From assembly GCA_050916045.1 (NCBI GenBank), contig CP051526.1:2016001-2080000 (forward strand): DNA of 64,000 nucleotides, in the 5' to 3' direction. Position numbers and translations under genes: made by a program. This document shows positions 9,190 to 17,839 of the stretch, one piece after another; positions within the stretch are counted from its first letter, which is position 1; each line of letters starts with the position of its first letter. This stretch comes from Tepidisphaera sp. (GTDB lineage: Bacteria > Planctomycetota > Phycisphaerae > Phycisphaerales > UBA1924). Under the pieces are notes generated by a model, which saw nothing but the letters and a program-made list of their open reading frames with translations, was not told the origin of the DNA and did no database searches.

Positions 9190-10709
9190 GCGGGGGCTCC
9201 TTCGAGGCGGACGCTCAGGCCGCGAGCGTCGAGGGCTTGTTTGACGGCGTGGACGGTGGTTTCGCCGTCGTGGAAGATACTTGCGGCGAGGAGGGCGGAG
9301 GCACCGGCCCCCACTGCTTGGGTGAGGTGGTCGGTGGTTTTGGCGCCGCCGGAGGCGATCACGGGGATGCGGACGGCCGCGGTGATGGCGCGGAGGAGGT
9401 CGAGGTCGTAGCCCAGGCCCGTGCCGTCGCGGTCCCAGCTGGTGAGGAGGATCTCGCCGGCGCCGAGTTCGGCACCGCGCTCGGCCCATTGCACGGCGTC
9501 GAGGCCGGTGCGGTCCTTGCCGGAGCGGGTGACGACTTCCCAAGTGATGGGATGCATGACGTTGTGGGTCTCGAGCATCTTGTCGCGGTCGATGGAGGGT
9601 GGAGCGGTGTCGGTGTCCATCGAACGAGGTTCGCTCTTGATGTGGCGACGATTGTCGATGCCGAAGTCCGCGGCCATGGCCGCGTCAATGGCTAGGACGA
9701 CGCACTGGCGGCCGAAGCGGGTGGCGAGTTCGGAGATGAGTTCGGGCCGCTGGACGGCGGCGGTGTTGACGCCGACTTTGTCGGCTCCGGCGTCAAGGAG
9801 GCGGGACGCGTCGTCGATGGTGCGCACGCCGCCACCGACGGTGAGGGGGATCGAGAGGACGCGGCGGATGGCGGCGACGGTTTTGGCGGCGGTCGAGCGG
9901 CCTTCGGGCGTGGCGGAGACGTCGAGCATGACGAGTTCGTCGGCGCCTTGGCGTTCGTATTCGGCGGCTTGCTGGACGGGGTCGCCGGCGTCGCGGAGGT
10001 TTTGGAACTTGATGCCCTTGACGACGCGGCCATCGCGGACGTCGAGGCATGGGATGATGCGGGTTGGGGGGCGCGACTCGACGGGTAGACCCTGACCTTC
10101 GTTCGAGGACTCACTCAGGTCAGGCGTCTGATTGAACCAATCGCGCAGCAGGTTGAGGCCGGCGGGGCCGGAGAGTTCGGGGTGGAACTGGCAGGCGAGG
10201 ATGTTGCCGCGGCGGAGGGCGGCGATGAAGGGCTGGCCGTAGACGGCGAGGGCGGGTTGCCAGCTTTCGGGGGCGGTATCGAGTTTGTAGGAGTTGGCGA
10301 AATAGGCCCACATGGTGGACTGATCGAACATGCGGACGCGGTTCCAGCCCATCTGCGGGATGGTGAGCGAGGTGGAGGTGAAGCGTGTGACGCGGCTTTT
10401 GATGATGCCGAGGCCGGGGACGCCGGGGGATTCGTCGCTTGCTTCGGCGAGGAGCTGTAGGCCCAGGCAGATGCCGAGGGTGTGCTGGTTGCGGGCGATG
10501 CGACCAACGAGCGGAGCGACGAGGTTCGCGCGATGAAGCTCGGTCATGGCGGCGCCGAAGGAGCCGACGCCGGGGAGGACGACGTGCGACGCGGAGGCGA
10601 CCGTTTCCGGGTCGCTGGTGAGCTCGGTTGCGATGCCCAGACGCTCGAAGGCGGCGAGGACGGAAGCGAGGTTCGCCGAGCCGGTCTTGATGATGTGGAC
10701 GGGGGGCAT
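9186..10709 (-). CDS. hisHF: Fused imidazole glycerol phosphate synthase (HisH glutaminase + HisF cyclase)
   Basis: LPGVGSF, GICLGLQ, QFHPE (HisH), then RIIPCLDV, VGGGVR, TSWDRDGT, IASGG (HisF) in one frame. Confidence 0.95.
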   Translation of the reverse strand: MPPVHIIKTGSANLASVLAAFERLGIATELTSDPETVASASHVVLPGVGSFGAAMTELHRANLVAPLVGRIARNQHTLGICLGLQLLAEASDESPGVPGLGIIKSRVTRFTSTSLTIPQMGWNRVRMFDQSTMWAYFANSYKLDTAPESWQPALAVYGQPFIAALRRGNILACQFHPELSGPAGLNLLRDWFNQTPDLSESSNEGQGLPVESRPPTRIIPCLDVRDGRVVKGIKFQNLRDAGDPVQQAAEYERQGADELVMLDVSATPEGRSTAAKTVAAIRRVLSIPLTVGGGVRTIDDASRLLDAGADKVGVNTAAVQRPELISELATRFGRQCVVLAIDAAMAADFGIDNRRHIKSEPRSMDTDTAPPSIDRDKMLETHNVMHPITWEVVTRSGKDRTGLDAVQWAERGAELGAGEILLTSWDRDGTGLGYDLDLLRAITAAVRIPVIASGGAKTTDHLTQAVGAGASALLAASIFHDGETTVHAVKQALDARGLSVRLEGAPA

Positions 10710-11290
10710 CAGAGCGATCCCTTGGTGCTGGGGACGTCGGTGGAAGCGGTGCGGGCGATAGCTTGTCTCAAGGCGAGGGCGAGGGCTTTGAAAGCGGCTT
10801 CGGCTTTGTGGTGGTCGTTTTCGCCGCGGAGGATGTCGAGGTGGAGGGTGGCGCGGAGGGTGGTGGCGAGGGAGCGGAAGAAGTGCGGGATGTTCTCGGT
10901 GGCGAGGGTGCCGATGCTGTCGCGGAGGAGCATGAGGTTGACGACGGCGAGGGGGCGGCCGGAGAGGTCGAGGACGGCGCGGGCGAGGGATTCGTCGAGG
11001 GGGGCGTAGGCGGAAGCGAAGCGGGTGATGCCGAGGCGGCTTGCGAGAGCTTGGTCGAGGGTTTGGCCGAGGGTGAGGGCGCAATCTTCGGCGGTGTGGT
11101 GGTCGTCGACGTGGAGGTCGCCGGTGCAGGCGAGATCGATGTCGATGCCGGAGTGTTTGGAGAGGGCGGTGAGCATGTGGTCGAGGAAGCCGATGCCTGT
11201 GGCGATGCGGGAGTCGCCGGTGCCGTCGAGGTTCACTGTGCAGGTGATTTTGGTTTCGCGGGTGGCGCGGGTGATGGAGGCGGTTCTCAT
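10709..11290 (-). CDS. hisB: Imidazoleglycerol-phosphate dehydratase (monofunctional)
   Basis: RATRET, TGIGFLDHML, DDHHTAED, NDHHKAEA, PSTKG. Confidence 0.97.
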   Translation of the reverse strand: MRTASITRATRETKITCTVNLDGTGDSRIATGIGFLDHMLTALSKHSGIDIDLACTGDLHVDDHHTAEDCALTLGQTLDQALASRLGITRFASAYAPLDESLARAVLDLSGRPLAVVNLMLLRDSIGTLATENIPHFFRSLATTLRATLHLDILRGENDHHKAEAAFKALALALRQAIARTASTDVPSTKGSL

Positions 11291-12372
11291 CGGGGGGATT
11301 CCTCGGTGGCGTACTGACGGAGGGCGCGGCAGAGGCGGGCGAACTTCGCGGGGTTGCCGGGGCAGGTGATGCGGCAGGCGTAGGACGGGAGGTCGGTGCG
11401 GTTGTTCCACTCGCGTGTGGCGATGCCTTGGCGGCGCAGGCTTGCGTAGGGGGAAGCGTGGACGTCGTAGCGTGAGCCGGTGGTGACGAAGTTGGCCTCA
11501 CTGGACCAGGGGTCGAGGCCGAGGTCGGTGAGGAGGGTGAAGAGCTGGTCGCGTTCGGTGCGGACGTTGGCGACGTATTCGCGCATGAGGTGTTCGCAGG
11601 TTTCGAGGGCGCGACACGCGATGGCGGCGGAGGGAGCGGAGACGGCGTAGGGGCCGCCGGCGGAGCGGATCCAGTTGATGACGCGTGGGTCGCCGACGGC
11701 GTACCCGATACGGAGGCCGGCGAGGCCCCAGGCTTTGCTGAGGGTGCGGATGGCGAGGATGTTGGGGAGTTCGAGGGCGAGGGCTTGCAGGCTCTCTTGT
11801 GTTTGCGGATCGGTGAATTCGATGTAGGCGAGGTCGAGGATGATGAGAGCGTGGGGCGCGGCGAGGGCGATCGTGCGGACGTCGGACGCGGGGATGGTGA
11901 GGCCGGTGGGGTTGTTGGGCGTGACGAGGGCGATCGCGGCGGTGCGCTCGGTGATCGCGGCGAGGACTGCTTGGGTGGGGAAGGGGTCGGCGGTCCAGGG
12001 GATGTTGACGGCCGACGCGCCGGTGAGGGCGGCGTAGCGGGGGAACATCTCGAAGGTCGGGGGCGTGAGGATGATCTCGCGGCTTGGGTCGAGGACGGAG
12101 CGGCAGGCGCGGTCGATGGCGTCGTCGCCGCCGGCGGTCACGGTGAGGCGGTCGGAAGTGACGGAAAGGCGCGATGCGAGGAGGGCGCGGAGTTCGTCCG
12201 TCGAGGGGTAGCGGCGGAGGCGCGAGACATCTTCGAGGACGCGGAGGAGGTCGAGCGGGGGCGTCGGGCCTTCGTTGGCGTCGAGGAAGAGGTCGATGTG
12301 CGGCTCGAGCGGAAGCGTGGAGTAGGGCTTGCGCTGGACGGCGGGGCTCGGTTGGATGGCGAGGGGTTTCAT
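11287..12372 (-). CDS. hisC: Histidinol-phosphate aminotransferase
   Basis: LDANE, PNNPTG, RTLSKAWGLAGLRIGY; operon context. Confidence 0.93.
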   Translation of the reverse strand: MKPLAIQPSPAVQRKPYSTLPLEPHIDLFLDANEGPTPPLDLLRVLEDVSRLRRYPSTDELRALLASRLSVTSDRLTVTAGGDDAIDRACRSVLDPSREIILTPPTFEMFPRYAALTGASAVNIPWTADPFPTQAVLAAITERTAAIALVTPNNPTGLTIPASDVRTIALAAPHALIILDLAYIEFTDPQTQESLQALALELPNILAIRTLSKAWGLAGLRIGYAVGDPRVINWIRSAGGPYAVSAPSAAIACRALETCEHLMREYVANVRTERDQLFTLLTDLGLDPWSSEANFVTTGSRYDVHASPYASLRRQGIATREWNNRTDLPSYACRITCPGNPAKFARLCRALRQYATEESPR

Positions 12373-12386
12373 CGTGTGGATCGTGG

Positions 12387-13259
12387 TCAGGCGACGAGTT
12401 GGTTGATAGTGCTGACGACGATGTCGGTGCCGCCGCGTTGCTTGATGGCGACGATGAGGGCGGGGAGGTCGGCGCGGGGGACGGCGGCTTTGACGGCGAA
12501 GCCTGCGCCGTGGTGGAGGGTGGCGATGGTGGGTTCGCGCATGCAGGGGAGGACTTCGACGACGGCTTCGAGGCGGTCGGCGGGGACGTTGAGCTCGATC
12601 ATGACGCGTTTGCGTGCTTCGAGGACGCCCTTGAGGAGGAGGACGAGTTTGTCGGCGGCTTCGCGGCGGGCGGGGTCCTGCATGGCTTCTGGGTTGGCGT
12701 AGAGGCGTGTGGTGGAACGGGTGAGTTCGTCGAAGATGACGAGGCCGTTGGCGGCGAGGGTGGCGCCGCTTGCGGCGATGTCGACGATGCAGTCGGCGTC
12801 TTCGGGGGGGAAGACCTCGGTTGCGCCGAAGCTTCGGACGAAGCGTGCTTTCATGCGGCGGGATTCGATCCAGCGGGTGGTGAGGCGTTCGAACTCGCTG
12901 GCGACGGTGACGGTGGGCGCGGTGAAGATGCCATCCTTGACGAGATCCGCTGGGGCGGCGGCGACGAGGCGGACGGGGTCAAGGCCGGTGTCGAGGAGTT
13001 CGACGAGGCGGGATTCCATGCCGAGCTCCTGGACCCAGTCGGCGCCGGCGAAACCGAGGTCGCGAGAGCCGGCGGCGAGCATCTCGATGATGTTCTGGGG
13101 CTTGAGGACTTTGGCTTCGAAGCCGGGCAGGCTGATGGTCGGGCGGTAGCCGCGAGCGGAGGAGGAGACGCGGATGCCGGCTTCGGCGAGGAGGGCGAGG
13201 ATGCCCTGTTCCATGCGGCCTTTGGGGAGGGCGAGTCGGATGGCGGCGGAGGGGAGCAT
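12387..13259 (-). CDS. hisG: ATP phosphoribosyltransferase (long form)
   Basis: LALPKGR, GATE, DCIVDIAASGATLAANGL, C-terminal regulatory domain. Confidence 0.96.
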   Translation of the reverse strand: MLPSAAIRLALPKGRMEQGILALLAEAGIRVSSSARGYRPTISLPGFEAKVLKPQNIIEMLAAGSRDLGFAGADWVQELGMESRLVELLDTGLDPVRLVAAAPADLVKDGIFTAPTVTVASEFERLTTRWIESRRMKARFVRSFGATEVFPPEDADCIVDIAASGATLAANGLVIFDELTRSTTRLYANPEAMQDPARREAADKLVLLLKGVLEARKRVMIELNVPADRLEAVVEVLPCMREPTIATLHHGAGFAVKAAVPRADLPALIVAIKQRGGTDIVVSTINQLVA

Positions 13260-13290
13260 GCGAGGGTCCTTTGGGCGGGGTAAAGGGGTG

Positions 13291-13381
13291 GAAAACGAAG
13301 AACGCCGGCCTGAGGAGGCCGGCGTCGAGGATTGCACTTTGCTTTTCTGGAAAGCGTGCGCGACTCAACCGGCCCCATGGG
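13291..13381 (-). promoter_or_regulatory. his operon transcription attenuator (terminator/antiterminator)
   Basis: Minus-strand hairpin ACGCCGGCCT-CCTC-AGGCCGGCGT plus TCTTCGTTTT; leader 3' end GGGGCCGG..GTCG can pair with CGAC..CCGGCCTC. Confidence 0.85.
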
Positions 13382-13427
13382 GATCATGGTGATGATGGTG
13401 GCCGGAATGGAACGCGGAGAACGTCAC
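13365..13427 (-). CDS. hisL: his operon leader peptide MTFSAFHSGHHHHHDPHGAG
   Basis: 20-aa ORF with 7 His codons directly upstream of a terminator and hisG. Confidence 0.85.
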   Translation of the reverse strand: MTFSAFHSGHHHHHDPHGAG

Positions 13428-13433
13428 GGGCAA

Positions 13434-13462
13434 AGTCTCGGAGGGGTCGGGGGGAAAGTCAA
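13434..13462 (-). promoter_or_regulatory. Sigma70-like promoter of the his leader
   Basis: TTGACT-N17-GAGACT, 6 nt before the leader GTG. Confidence 0.65.
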
Positions 13463-13477
13463 GGGATGGAAGGTGTT

Positions 13478-14818
13478 TCAGGGTTTCCGGGCACCGGAAA
13501 TGCGGAGGATCATGTTGTTCATGTCGCAGGTGAAGAGGAGGGAGCCGTCGGCGGCTTGCACGATGTCGACGGGTCGGATGAGGGGTGTCCAGCGAGCGCG
13601 TTTGGTGGCGGGGTCTTCGGTGCGGCGGATGCCGCGGACGAGGGTGACGTGGCCGATCGGGCGGTCTTCGACGGGGTCGAAGAGGACACGCTCGATGCTG
13701 TAGCCTGCGGGATTGGGCGTGTTCCACGAGCCGTGGCAGGCGACGACGAGGTCCAGGCCGCCGAGTTCGGTCGGGAGGGCACCGGGACGGGCGGCGAGTC
13801 GCGAGGTGATGTCGGGGTCGAGGAAGCAGAAGCCGGAGGCGCCGGCGTGGGCCGGGAGGCTTTGCTTGGGGGGCGTGGTCTTTGCCGCCAGGTCGGCGAG
13901 GTCGGACTTGGCGGCGAATTCGGGGCGGGGGATGCGGTCGCCGACGAGGAAGGGGTGCCCGTAGAAGCTTGACTCGGTGTAGACGTTGATCTCGTCGGGG
14001 GGGAGGGTCTCGGTCATGGGTTGGCCGGCACCGGGCTCGTCGGGATTCTGGCCCGGCTTTTCTCCGAGGATGCGGCCGAACCAGTCGGAGCCCTGATCGA
14101 CGCCCCAGAGTTCGATGGCGGGAGGGCGCGGCTTTCCGGTGGGGCGGAGGCGGAGCTTATCTGTGGAGCGGAGGCCGGAGGCGAAGAGCTTTTTGTCGGA
14201 GCCGTCGAGGGCGAAGGACCAGATCTTCTGGCGGTCGGTGTCGGATTCGTCGGTGATGTTGGCGGTGTCACCGATGGCGGTGAAGAGGCGGCTTTCGGTG
14301 ACGAGGATGGCACGCCACCAGTTGGCGCCGCCGGCGGGGAGGGAGCCATCCTTGAGGACTTCGATGTTCTCGTCGGCTTTCCCGTCGCCGTCGTTGTCGC
14401 GGGCTTTCCAGATGGACCCGCTGGTGGAGTACCAGAGCCAGCCTGCGCCGGGGAGGGCGGGCTTGCCTGGGGCGGCGGAGTCCTGGACGAAGCAGAGGCC
14501 GTGGAGGGTGACGGGTCCGGTGACGAAGGTCTCGCGCCATTCGTAGAAGCCGTCGCCGTCGCGGTCGCGGAGGCAGAGGATGTCGCCGGAGGTGCTTCGG
14601 CGCTGACCTTCGGAGGGCGGGGCGTAGGGGCGGCTGACGAAGAGGCGGCTTGCGCCGTCGGATTCGACGTGGCGGAGGTTGGAAAGGTCGGAAGCGGCGA
14701 GGGAGACGGTGTAGCCGGGGCGGACGGTGAGGTCCTTGAGCCAGGTGGGAGGCGGCGGGGCTTTGGCGGGTTGCGGCGCGGTGGAGAGTGCCGCGAGGAG
14801 GAGGGTCAGGTTGAGCAC
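13478..14818 (-). CDS. Glucose/sorbosone dehydrogenase-like beta-propeller exported protein
   Basis: Signal peptide, FASGLR, LWGVDQGSD, PPDEIN..FYGHPF, HGSWN, RPVDIVQAADGSL; AGGAG SD. Confidence 0.8.
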   Translation of the reverse strand: MLNLTLLLAALSTAPQPAKAPPPPTWLKDLTVRPGYTVSLAASDLSNLRHVESDGASRLFVSRPYAPPSEGQRRSTSGDILCLRDRDGDGFYEWRETFVTGPVTLHGLCFVQDSAAPGKPALPGAGWLWYSTSGSIWKARDNDGDGKADENIEVLKDGSLPAGGANWWRAILVTESRLFTAIGDTANITDESDTDRQKIWSFALDGSDKKLFASGLRSTDKLRLRPTGKPRPPAIELWGVDQGSDWFGRILGEKPGQNPDEPGAGQPMTETLPPDEINVYTESSFYGHPFLVGDRIPRPEFAAKSDLADLAAKTTPPKQSLPAHAGASGFCFLDPDITSRLAARPGALPTELGGLDLVVACHGSWNTPNPAGYSIERVLFDPVEDRPIGHVTLVRGIRRTEDPATKRARWTPLIRPVDIVQAADGSLLFTCDMNNMILRISGARKP

Positions 14819-14887
14819 GCGCGGCTCCTTGGTGCGGGTGCGTGAGGGTACGTCGGGCGGGCGTGGCCCGCCCCACTACGATGGGAG

Positions 14888-15565
14888 ATGCGACGTGCGT
14901 TCACGCTGATTGAGCTTTTGGTGGTGATCGCGATCATCACGCTGCTCATCGGGCTTGCGCTTCCGGCGCTGGGGGCGGCGCGGGAAGCGGGCCGGCAGAC
15001 GGTGTGCTTGTCGAATCTGAAGGGGATTCACGCGGTCGTGCGGATGTATGCGGACACGCACAAGGGGCTGACGCCGGCGCTGGGGCAGCCGTACGGGTCG
15101 GTGCCGAACTGGGCGCTGGTGGTGCAGCAGGCGGCGGGGACGAGCGGGTCGACGGGGGGCGAGCTTTATGCGGCGGGGTCGGTTTTGACGTGTCCGACGT
15201 CGCGATCAGTGTACGGGCTGCCGATGCAGCGTTGTTACGCGATCAACGTGACGGGGCATGGTGGGCAGCCGGGGGATCCGGACACGTTTGATGATGCTTC
15301 GCGGCCGGCGTACATCAAGATGGATCTGGTGGGGCGGCCGTGGGAGGTTCCGCTTTTCGTGGATTCGAAGCAGACGCCGAGCGGGCCGGAGCAGCCGCCG
15401 TCGGTGCGGACGTGGAGCGTGATTGATTTTCGGCTTGAGGATCACCTGGTGAACCGGGCGTTCTTTCTGCACGCGAAGGGTGTGCGGATGAACACGGGGT
15501 ATGTGGATGGGCACGCGGCGGCGGTGAGGGAGATTCCGGAGGCGTGGGGGGAGCCGCTTCCGTGA
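14888..15565 (+). CDS. Prepilin-type N-terminal cleavage/methylation protein with H-X9-DG C-terminus
   Basis: RRAFTLIELLVVIAII...PAL.AAREA...CLSNL; HAKGVRMNTGYVDGH. Confidence 0.9.
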   Translation: MRRAFTLIELLVVIAIITLLIGLALPALGAAREAGRQTVCLSNLKGIHAVVRMYADTHKGLTPALGQPYGSVPNWALVVQQAAGTSGSTGGELYAAGSVLTCPTSRSVYGLPMQRCYAINVTGHGGQPGDPDTFDDASRPAYIKMDLVGRPWEVPLFVDSKQTPSGPEQPPSVRTWSVIDFRLEDHLVNRAFFLHAKGVRMNTGYVDGHAAAVREIPEAWGEPLP

Positions 15566-15586
15566 CGGGTGGCCTGGCCATACGTA

Positions 15587-15685
15587 GCAGCCTGAAGGGC
15601 TGGTCATGCGTAGCCGGGGGTGGAGGAGGCTTGGCGACGACACCCCCGGACCTTGGTTGCGGGAACGTGAAGTCCGCAGGACTTC
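15587..15685 (+). repeat. GTAG-type REP-like element, left flank of tnpA
   Basis: GTAG (15610-15613) + CCGGGGGTG...CACCCCCGG, with flanking small hairpins. Confidence 0.75.
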
Positions 15686-15692
15686 TCGTCGC

Positions 15693-16136
15693 TCAGGTCC
15701 AAACGTAATGCTCGTCCCACTCGATCCCGTACTTTCGGAAGAACAATCGCATTTCGTCCTTGAAATCAACAGATTGATGATGGGCTTTCTGGTTGGCGAT
15801 GTAGGCTCGAAGCGGTTCAACGCCCGATTCACCGAGCGAGAGCGCGAAGTAGCCGTCTTGCCATTCAAAGGCGGACTTGTGTAGCTTCATCCATTTCGAC
15901 GAGTCGCGTTTGATGTTCAGCATGAGATCGGAGAGTGCGACTGTCTTTCCAAGGTTTACGAGCATGTGAACATGGTCTGTCACACCACCCATGGCGTGGA
16001 GGGAGGAGTCCATGCGGCGACAGATGCCGCCGATGTAGGCGTAGAGGTCCGGCTCAGCGCTCTCGGGAATGAGGGGCTCTCGGTGCTTGGTTGAGAAGGT
16101 GATGTGGATGAGCAGCTTGGTAAGAGTCGAAGCCAT
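15693..16136 (-). mobile_element. tnpA: IS200/IS605-superfamily Y1 transposase, probably REP-associated (TnpA-REP/RAYT-like)
   Basis: HITFSTKHR, HUH motif DHVHML, KRDSSKW, FEWQDGY, YIANQKAHH; no tnpB; flanked by palindromes. Confidence 0.9.
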
Positions 16137-16155
16137 GAACTGAAGATAGCGACGA

Positions 16156-16357
16156 GCAGCCTTTCAGGCTGCGTATCGGGGGGAGCCTTCCGGGGGTGGG
16201 GCCGCAAAGCCGGCCCTCACCCCCGGTTGTGGACGATGCGTCCGCGGTTGAGTGACGAGAAGTCCTTCGGACTTCAAGAACGGCGTCTCGCTATCCGGGG
16301 GTGGGTTCGCAAAGCCGATCCCACCCCCGGCTACGAACGATACAGGCCTTCGGCCTG
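16156..16357 (-). repeat. Two tandem inverted-orientation REP-like elements, right flank of tnpA
   Basis: CCGGGGGTGGG..GCAAAGCC..CACCCCCGG at 16190-16226 and 16295-16330, the second followed by CTAC (GTAG on minus); gaagtcc/ggacttc hairpin shared with the left flank. Confidence 0.75.
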
Positions 16358-16419
16358 GAAGGCGGAGGGAAAGGTCAGCCATGAAGGAAGGAAGCGTGGA
16401 ATGACCGTAAGGTTGAACT

Positions 16420-16845
16420 ATGGGCGAGAATCTGTTCGACATTCCTGAGGTGACGGGGCGGGACGAAGCGTTGATCGCGGCGTATGCGGCGAGCGGGCGG
16501 ACGCTTGATGATCTGCCGTACACGAAGGAGTTCGAGGCGCTGTTTGATGCGGTGAAGGGGGAGTATGCGTCGCCGGCGGCGGCGTTTCGGCGGCTTCACA
16601 CGCTTCGTAAAGCGGGGAAACTGCCGAGGGCGAACGCTCGGGGGGTTTCGCCGGCGAAGGTGTCGGAGGAGGATGAGAGGCTTCTGATTTCGCTGGTGGT
16701 GCGGGAGTGCGGGACGCTGGGGCAGCGGGACCAGTTGCCGCTGACTCCGAAGTTTGACGTGGTGGCGGCGGAGTTTTTGGCGGCGACGAAGCGTCAGATG
16801 ACGCCGCATGACCTGTGGCGGCTGATCGCGCGGCTGGCGAAGTAG
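16420..16845 (+). CDS. Hypothetical protein with internal duplication
   Basis: DDLPYTKEF and RDQLPLTPKF repeats; TAAGGT 6 nt before ATG. Confidence 0.75.
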   Translation: MGENLFDIPEVTGRDEALIAAYAASGRTLDDLPYTKEFEALFDAVKGEYASPAAAFRRLHTLRKAGKLPRANARGVSPAKVSEEDERLLISLVVRECGTLGQRDQLPLTPKFDVVAAEFLAATKRQMTPHDLWRLIARLAK

Positions 16846-16861
16846 ACCGATACCCTGCGGC

Positions 16862-17839
16862 ATGACGACTCGCTCTTTGGATGCGCTTTTGGAATCGATT
16901 GTGGACTATGCCGGGCTTTATCCGCCGGCGAAGCTGCCGATGCAGGGTTCGGTTGAGAACTATGCGCGGGATCGGGCGGGGCCGCATGCGCGGATGCTGG
17001 GGCGGTTCATCTGTCCGGTGTCGCGGCTGGGTGAGTTTTCGAAAGCGGCTTCGCCGCTTTTGCCGGGGACGTTCGCGACGTCGGGGTATCGGGAGCATGC
17101 GCGGGGCGGGGAGATCAGCCAGCCGTGGCTGCTGTCGGTGCTTGTGGATGGGGCGACGGGGGAGGATGCGGTGGGCGGGATGATGCGGGATCTGGAAGCG
17201 ATCCAGGCGTTCAACCTGCGGCATGCGCACGAGGACCACGGGCTTGCGGTGATCGACACGATCGAGGTGAAGCCGCCGACGCCGGACTTCATCGATGAGG
17301 TGATCGAGGAGATTCCGGAATCGATCTTTCCGTTCTTTGAGATTCCGGCGGAGGGGGATGCTCGCGGGTTCATCGCGGCGCTGCCGGGGCATGCGGCGGG
17401 GGCGAAGATCCGGACGGGCGGGGTGACGGAGGATGCGTTCCCGACGGCGCAGCGGGTGGCGCTTTTCATCGATGCGTGCAGGCTTGCGGAGATCGCGTTC
17501 AAAGCGACGGCGGGGCTTCATCATCCGGTGCGGGGTCAGTATCCGCTGACGTACGAGAAGGGGTGCGCGAAGGGGACGATGTTCGGGTTCCTCAATGTGT
17601 TCGTGGCGGCGGTGATGGCGCACACGCATGAGCTTGAGCCGGAGGAACTCGCGAAGTGCTTGAGCGAGACGAACGCGGGTGCGTTTGCGTTCAGCGATGC
17701 GGGCGTGGCGTGGGGATCTCGGAAAGCGACGCCCGAGCAGATCACGAAAGCTCGCGGGGAATTCGCGGTGTCGTTCGGGTCGTGCTCGTTTGAGGAGCCG
17801 GTGGCGGACCTCAAAGCGATGGGCCTGCTGAAGGACTAG
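16862..17839 (+). CDS. Conserved hypothetical protein (putative enzyme)
   Basis: VDYAGLYPPAKL, AKIRTGG, FKATAGLHHP, SFGSCSFEEP motifs. Confidence 0.85.
   Translation: MTTRSLDALLESIVDYAGLYPPAKLPMQGSVENYARDRAGPHARMLGRFICPVSRLGEFSKAASPLLPGTFATSGYREHARGGEISQPWLLSVLVDGATGEDAVGGMMRDLEAIQAFNLRHAHEDHGLAVIDTIEVKPPTPDFIDEVIEEIPESIFPFFEIPAEGDARGFIAALPGHAAGAKIRTGGVTEDAFPTAQRVALFIDACRLAEIAFKATAGLHHPVRGQYPLTYEKGCAKGTMFGFLNVFVAAVMAHTHELEPEELAKCLSETNAGAFAFSDAGVAWGSRKATPEQITKARGEFAVSFGSCSFEEPVADLKAMGLLKD

Noticed and set aside
9543..9680. Intein in HisF
   Set aside because: Too short, and lacks the N-terminal Cys/Ser and terminal His-Asn junction context.
9186..11501. 771-aa HisHF starting at 11501
   Set aside because: The upstream part overlaps hisB and hisC in another frame; the real start at 10709 is coupled to the hisB stop.
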